A stretch of DNA of 63,974 nucleotides, counting the filler, from Globobulimina sp. (Eukaryota), in the NCBI GenBank assembly GCA_003354225.1. It is 53 parts of 53 records of this genome, joined end to end, with 100 filler letters (N's around TTAATTAATTAA, not from the genome) between each part and the next. Parts side by side here need not be neighbours in the genome. Positions count along the whole stretch, not along the records: positions 58,035 to 59,142 come from PIVH01023306.1; positions 59,243 to 60,350 come from PIVH01023307.1; positions 60,451 to 61,558 come from PIVH01023308.1; positions 61,659 to 62,766 come from PIVH01023309.1; positions 62,867 to 63,974 come from PIVH01023310.1; 48 more parts are not named here. The stretch is one strand, 5' to 3'. The notes beneath the pieces were generated by a model. The model was not told the DNA's origin. It ran no database searches and was given only the letters and a program-made list of their open reading frames with translations. The translations under genes and the position numbers were made by a program. Shown in pieces: positions 58,760-63,974 of the stretch. Position 1 is the first letter of the stretch. Each line of letters opens with the position of its first letter.

Positions 58760-59995
58760 ATAGTGTATAATTTCGTTATGATAGAAATAAAAACACTCCA
58801 CTCATCCAAAACTTCCATCTTTCAACTTTATTTTTCCTCACATCCAAACTCCACACAAACAGACGCTGATTGGAGATAATAAAAAAAGCAACACATACAT
58901 ACATACACACACACACCAAATCGCTTTTTTTTAATAAAAACAAAGGTCAAAAAAGGAAAGAAAGGAAACAAAAAATTAATTCTAAATAAGCAAATTAAAC
59001 GAGAGAAATAGATTTTGATTTGACAACAAACTCATGTATCAATATCGTAATTTGCCACCACGCCATCAACCGCCTGGCTTTTACCCACCGCACCAACCCT
59101 CATTAAGACAGCAACCAAAACCGCACAAACATTCCATGCATCNNNNNNNNNNNNNNNNNNNNNNNNNNNNNNNNNNNNNNNNNNNNTTAATTAATTAANN
59201 NNNNNNNNNNNNNNNNNNNNNNNNNNNNNNNNNNNNNNNNNNACTACAACAATGTAAACAATCTCACTTTATGGGATGGAAAAAATAGCACAAATCTTGC
59301 GGGTTTTTGGGTAAAGCATTCGATCCACTTTTTGTTGGAATATCCTGCACGAAAACCAATATTAGTTGATTTGGAAATTATTACACAACCTTTTGGGCTC
59401 TGCTATTTTTTTCCATCCCATAAAGTGAGATTGTTTACATTGTTGCAGTTTATAAATGCGTAATTGTTGCACTCAATAAACAAGAAGCAACATAGGACAC
59501 AATCTTTCAGGCATTGGTTCTTGACATCAAAGATCCAAATATTTCTATTGATCCAAATGGTTCTTAACTTGTTATTAATCGTATCTTTAGGATGACACTC
59601 TGGAAAGACAGGGTGACAAATGTAGAAAGATACATTGACGTTGTGGAAAGACACAATGACCGCTGGCAAAGACCGCAACCAAAATTTCAGTGTCTGATTG
59701 ATGATCTAAGATACCTACATTGTTTCTTTTTTGCTTAATTACTATTTAGTTTTTTCTATTTTTTTAATTGCATCATTCTTGTAATAAATTAGTTTCTTAT
59801 GATACTGCTATGATGAATTGCATTATATATTTAAATTGAATGATAGAACCATGAATTCGAACTAAAATTAAAAAAACTTGTTTGGTAGTCTTATTATTTC
59901 GATCCAGCATTGTCATTACACCACATATTCTAGCTGTTACAATTATGAATCACTTATTTACGTTGCGTCTGAAAGATTAATTGATCAGTTTAATA

Positions 59996-60350
59996 ATGAA
60001 ATATGGGCAATTGCTAAAACAACTATGCATTCCCGAATGGCAAACCCAATATGTAGATTATAATAAACTTAAAAAAGTCTTAAAAAAATTGCAAAGTTCC
60101 ACATCAGAAATCCAGCGAAGACGGTCACGATTAAGTTTAAGCATCCTTCGACCGATTAAACATTACGACGACGACGATACAATCGAATTATCGCCAAATA
60201 ATGAATATTATCAACCAATCAAATTTTCATTTAAAACACCAATCAAGAAACAACAATCAGCGCTTTATATAAATGATATAGAATTGGATCGATACCATTC
60301 AACAGAATTAACGTTTCAAAAATGCGATTTAACCGCATTTTTATTGCCGA
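59996..60350 (+). CDS. SPX-domain protein N-terminus
   Basis: MKYGQLLKQLCIPEWQTQYVDYNKLKKVLK, the canonical SPX start. Confidence 0.88.
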
Positions 60351-61083
60351 NNNNNNNNNNNNNNNNNNNNNNNNNNNNNNNNNNNNNNNNNNNNTTAATT
60401 AATTAANNNNNNNNNNNNNNNNNNNNNNNNNNNNNNNNNNNNNNNNNNNNAATTTGTTACTTAATTTGTTACTTAAGTGATGATGGTATTATAAAAGTGG
60501 AGTTTCGCCAAATAGATGACCAAAGGATTGTTTTTTTTTATGTATTGATTTATTTTGAGATTACAAGCACTCAAATAATGCATACACAGATCACCAACAG
60601 AAAATTCGCATTATTTAATGGATCTGTGGTTATTTAAAAAAGTGGAAAAATTAAGCAATTTAATGCGCACACGACCACGTATTTATACATTACAACTGAA
60701 ATTAATTTTTAATGATAATGTAAAATGGAAGCAAAAATATGTTTGAAACCCATTATCAACAAATAATTATCAAAAATATCGCAGAAAACAGCATTTGACT
60801 GCCTCCAAAAGTGAATACATAAACGGTACAAAAAAGACTGAGCTAACAAAGCAATTTCGCCAAAAAAAAAACATAGAATTAATCACAACAATTAACAATG
60901 CATTCATTCATAATACCAATTGTCACAATGAAAAACCCAAAACGCACCGTCAAATCCCAGATACAAGGGAAGGTTTTGCAAAATGCAAACGGTTTTTACA
61001 ACTAAAACTTAACTAAGTACCAACTCACCAACTGCTTACACAGCAATCTATCCATACTACAAATATCGACAAATAAGTACTCC

Positions 61084-61558
61084 TCAAGGAGTGCATGAAG
61101 CAGGAGGGCTCCATCCCACATCATAAAACGTGCTGTCTTTCGTATTAGCCTCCGGAATAGGTTCTCCACTGGGCTGTTTTTGCCAGATCGCGCGTTTGGC
61201 CGCCGATTGCTCTGACAGCATCTTACTCAACTGGTCAAAGTCCTGACGAATGGACGCCACGACGCCCAGTTTTCCCCGGTACTCGTCACTGGCGGCTCTC
61301 TTTTCGAGAAACCGATGCAGCCTACGTCCAGCTTTCGATTCTTCGAGATCGTGAAGCAGGGCAGCGCGCCGTTCATTTTTCGTATTCAGGTCCGCTCTCT
61401 TGCTTTCAACATTTTGACCCGCGGCCGCGACCGCCTTGTTGGCGGTATCTAATGCGGTATTGTGCTGGGTGAGCTGCTCGTTTTGCAGCTTTTCGTAGTC
61501 ACCAGCGGCCACCGCGAGTTGGGATATTTTATGGTTTATTGGCTTACCAGTCCTTGTT
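61084..61558 (-). CDS. Bacterial-like KAP-family P-loop NTPase internal fragment
   Basis: RRLHRFLEKRAASDEYRGKLGVVASIRQDFDQLS. Visibly GC-rich and abutting AT-rich DNA. Confidence 0.6.
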
Positions 61559-61812
61559 NNNNNNNNNNNNNNNNNNNNNNNNNNNNNNNNNNNNNNNNNN
61601 NNTTAATTAATTAANNNNNNNNNNNNNNNNNNNNNNNNNNNNNNNNNNNNNNNNNNNNACAATCTTTTACCTATCATATACAAAAAGTGTTTTCGTTTCT
61701 ATTTTACCACCACTAGGGAAATAATTGGGTCCCGGAAACACTAAGTAAAGCCACTTTTACTGCGTTTTTATGGGTAAAATTAATAAGCAAAAAAAAGGTT
61801 AACAATGATATA

Positions 61813-62574
61813 TTACTTATATTTATTAATCATTTCGTCAGTCAATTTCCATAACATTGTTTGTGGCATTTTATCCTTTTCCTCTCCTTCAGGAAATAAA
61901 TCTGCTCTGAGATCATCATTTGCGACATTACAGTGGGAAAAATAACTCCCTCCATATTTTTTAAATTGATCATCAGTCAAACTGACAGTACGTAGCGTTG
62001 TTGCAGCGCCCTGATCCACAGTTTTTAACAGAGCTTTTCCTAAATATATAAATTTCCTTCTTATTGGATTAAGTTCCCGCCCTATTTCAGTTATAATGAC
62101 CCCGGGATGCAATGAAACAGCATATACATTCTCTTTACTATATCTCTCATTATATTCCCTTGCAAACAATATATTACATACTTTACTAAATGCATAAGTA
62201 GCAAACGTACTAAATTGGTCTTTATTTTGTATTAAATTTTCATTCTTTAACCAATCCGTTATTGGTTTTGGTGAGAAAGAATGAGCGGCACTCGCAACAG
62301 AAATAACTCTCGAAATTGGCCCATTTTTAGCAGTTTTAATTAAAATCGGTGTTAATTGCTGGGCTAAATAATAATTTCCAACGTGATTAACACCAAAAGT
62401 TTGTTCAATGCCATTTGAAGTTGCGGTCCATTCAGATTTTTGTAATCCTGCATTTAATATCAAATAATTTAATGTATCATATTTAGTTAAGAATGAATTT
62501 ACGAATAAATCAATCGATTCAAATGAACCTAAATCTAAATTTATAATTTCCAACTTATTTTCTAATGCTTCCAT
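61813..62574 (-). CDS. Short-chain dehydrogenase/reductase (retinol dehydrogenase/WWOX-like), N-terminus missing
   Basis: LDLGSF, LILNAG, FGVNHVG, RVISVASAAH, YAFSK and LHPGVI motifs. Confidence 0.9.
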   Translation of the reverse strand: MEALENKLEIINLDLGSFESIDLFVNSFLTKYDTLNYLILNAGLQKSEWTATSNGIEQTFGVNHVGNYYLAQQLTPILIKTAKNGPISRVISVASAAHSFSPKPITDWLKNENLIQNKDQFSTFATYAFSKVCNILFAREYNERYSKENVYAVSLHPGVIITEIGRELNPIRRKFIYLGKALLKTVDQGAATTLRTVSLTDDQFKKYGGSYFSHCNVANDDLRADLFPEGEEKDKMPQTMLWKLTDEMINKYK

Positions 62575-63086
62575 ATTAACGTTTTATTGAAAAAAAAAGC
62601 AACTTAATAAAACTACTAAAATTTAATTAATAATAGTCTATAAATTGATTAAATTCAGAATATATTACAGAACAGCAAACACATCATTAACATAACAAAC
62701 TCATTCAAACTAAAAACATTTTCTATGAACAATGGCAGGACCATATTCATCATATTCGTCCTTTGANNNNNNNNNNNNNNNNNNNNNNNNNNNNNNNNNN
62801 NNNNNNNNNNTTAATTAATTAANNNNNNNNNNNNNNNNNNNNNNNNNNNNNNNNNNNNNNNNNNNNTAAATATAAATACTTTCCTAATACTAAATTTTCT
62901 GAATCAATGTACGGATTCTAAAACCAAATCATTTCTAACCAATCTACAGGGAAAGTAGCTCACTTCACAGAATAGTGGAAAACTAGAAAACAGGATATGT
63001 CTCTATCCACAAGAACCAGATTATGGACTGCATTTATAACTTCGTAAATCGTTGATCGATATAAGCGTTGTCGATTTCGTAAACAA

Positions 63087-63974
63087 TTACATCGAACAAA
63101 TGAGAAACAATTGTTTATTATGAACGTGAAGCGAATAAATGTTGCGATTTGCATCAACTCCTTTTATTTGCTTTCTGGAAACAAAACCATTTGTTATTAA
63201 AGTTAAATAATTTTTATTATCCATAAGATAGAATTTCCAAATACTGTTCGATTTATCGATAACCACACCATTCAGAATTGAAACATCTCTATATTTGCCA
63301 TCCCGCAGTTTTTGAAAATGAAGTATTTGTTCCATTGTATTATCTGCTTCAGTCAACTCATTATATTTCCCAGTAATATAACATTGTCCATTAAAACCAA
63401 TAAATATACATCCACCATATCCACATTTTATATCAATTATTTTTTTTTTACTAAAATACCGGTGCAACATTGGTAATATTCTTTTATTGTTTTTATCCAT
63501 ATTTAGTCCAAATATATTTTCATAATTCCATCCAAAACAGTACACTTTTTCATTCCTATCAATACAAAAATTATATGCAGCACCAACATGGATAGATTTT
63601 ATATCGGATAATGTATCAATTCGCTTCGGCGTTGGTGTTGACTCATTCTCTTCGTATCCATAACCAAATACATTACCGTCCAATGATAACAATAAAGCAT
63701 GGCTTGAACCAGTTTGTATATCAATAATTCTTTCATTCATTACAAAATGAAATGACTTCCAACCATAAACTGCAAATAAATCACCATTAGCTGCTGTACA
63801 GCATAAAAGTGATATGTTCTTCGTCTGAAATTGCGAATTGCTCACTACATCAACATAATCCATCACATTCTCATCATTTATGCCGCTTGCACCAAATCCT
63901 TCATTTTTAACAATTTCCTTAGTTAATAAACCAAACTGAGTGCACGAGCCATGATAACCAGTCCACGAACATAC
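63087..63974 (-). CDS. RCC1-repeat protein, C-terminal part
   Basis: IIDIQTGSSHALLLSLDGNVFGYG, VYCFGWNYENIFGL and IIDIKCGYG repeats. Confidence 0.8.
   Translation of the reverse strand, partial: VCSWTGYHGSCTQFGLLTKEIVKNEGFGASGINDENVMDYVDVVSNSQFQTKNISLLCCTAANGDLFAVYGWKSFHFVMNERIIDIQTGSSHALLLSLDGNVFGYGYEENESTPTPKRIDTLSDIKSIHVGAAYNFCIDRNEKVYCFGWNYENIFGLNMDKNNKRILPMLHRYFSKKKIIDIKCGYGGCIFIGFNGQCYITGKYNELTEADNTMEQILHFQKLRDGKYRDVSILNGVVIDKSNSIWKFYLMDNKNYLTLITNGFVSRKQIKGVDANRNIYSLHVHNKQLFLICSM

Noticed and set aside
59249..59445. Short inverted repeat as a transposon end
   Set aside because: The peptide NNVNNLTLWDGK on the minus strand continues as NNVNNLTLWDGKNSTNLAG on the plus strand, the pattern expected of a template-switch amplification chimera.
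1111..62866. Regularly spaced TTAATTAATTAA motif as a CRISPR-like or biological repeat
   Set aside because: It is always centred in N-runs of fixed length, so it is an artificial concatenation linker.
1..63974. Multi-gene system or operon spanning contigs (e.g. ART + WWE, or integrase + zinc-finger ORF)
   Set aside because: Contigs are ordered by length, not by genomic position, so adjacency across linkers carries no information.
1..63974. Alternative (ciliate-type) genetic code
   Set aside because: Conserved genes are open without internal TAA/TAG and end at TAA (UBC12, SDR) or TGA (Rab, METTL26-like, DnaJ) where expected.

Overview
This window is not one locus. It is about 53 unlinked contigs of ~1.1 kb, sorted by length and joined by an artificial 100-nt linker (N44-TTAATTAATTAA-N44), so gene neighbourhoods only mean something inside a contig. 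Most contigs are very AT-rich eukaryotic DNA with the standard code, short GT-AG introns (~55-85 nt), tightly packed genes and recurring lineage-specific domains. By my recognition (inference) this resembles a foraminiferan/rhizarian single-cell amplified genome. It is mixed with probable metazoan (nematode-like) DNA, Polinton/Maverick fragments, one possible giant-virus fragment and one bacterial fragment. Several inverted or direct duplications and abrupt junctions look like whole-genome-amplification chimeras. Recognisable genes include UBC12, PEX19, SEC12/PREB, guanylate kinase, METTL26-like, DnaJ, Rabs, transporters, an SDR, RNase H-bearing LINE fragments and two tRNAs. The most interesting observations are an intron-containing PHB depolymerase that the ORF track misses, an intron-containing Polinton integrase followed by a probable minor capsid gene, a SAM-like/Rab21-like fusion, an RGG/pseudo-GTPase fusion, bacterial-type DUF6875 and UbiA genes in eukaryotic context, and a NEURL4-type ADP-ribosyltransferase domain. 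No multi-gene system can be supported across linkers. All family assignments are by motif recognition, without database searches.
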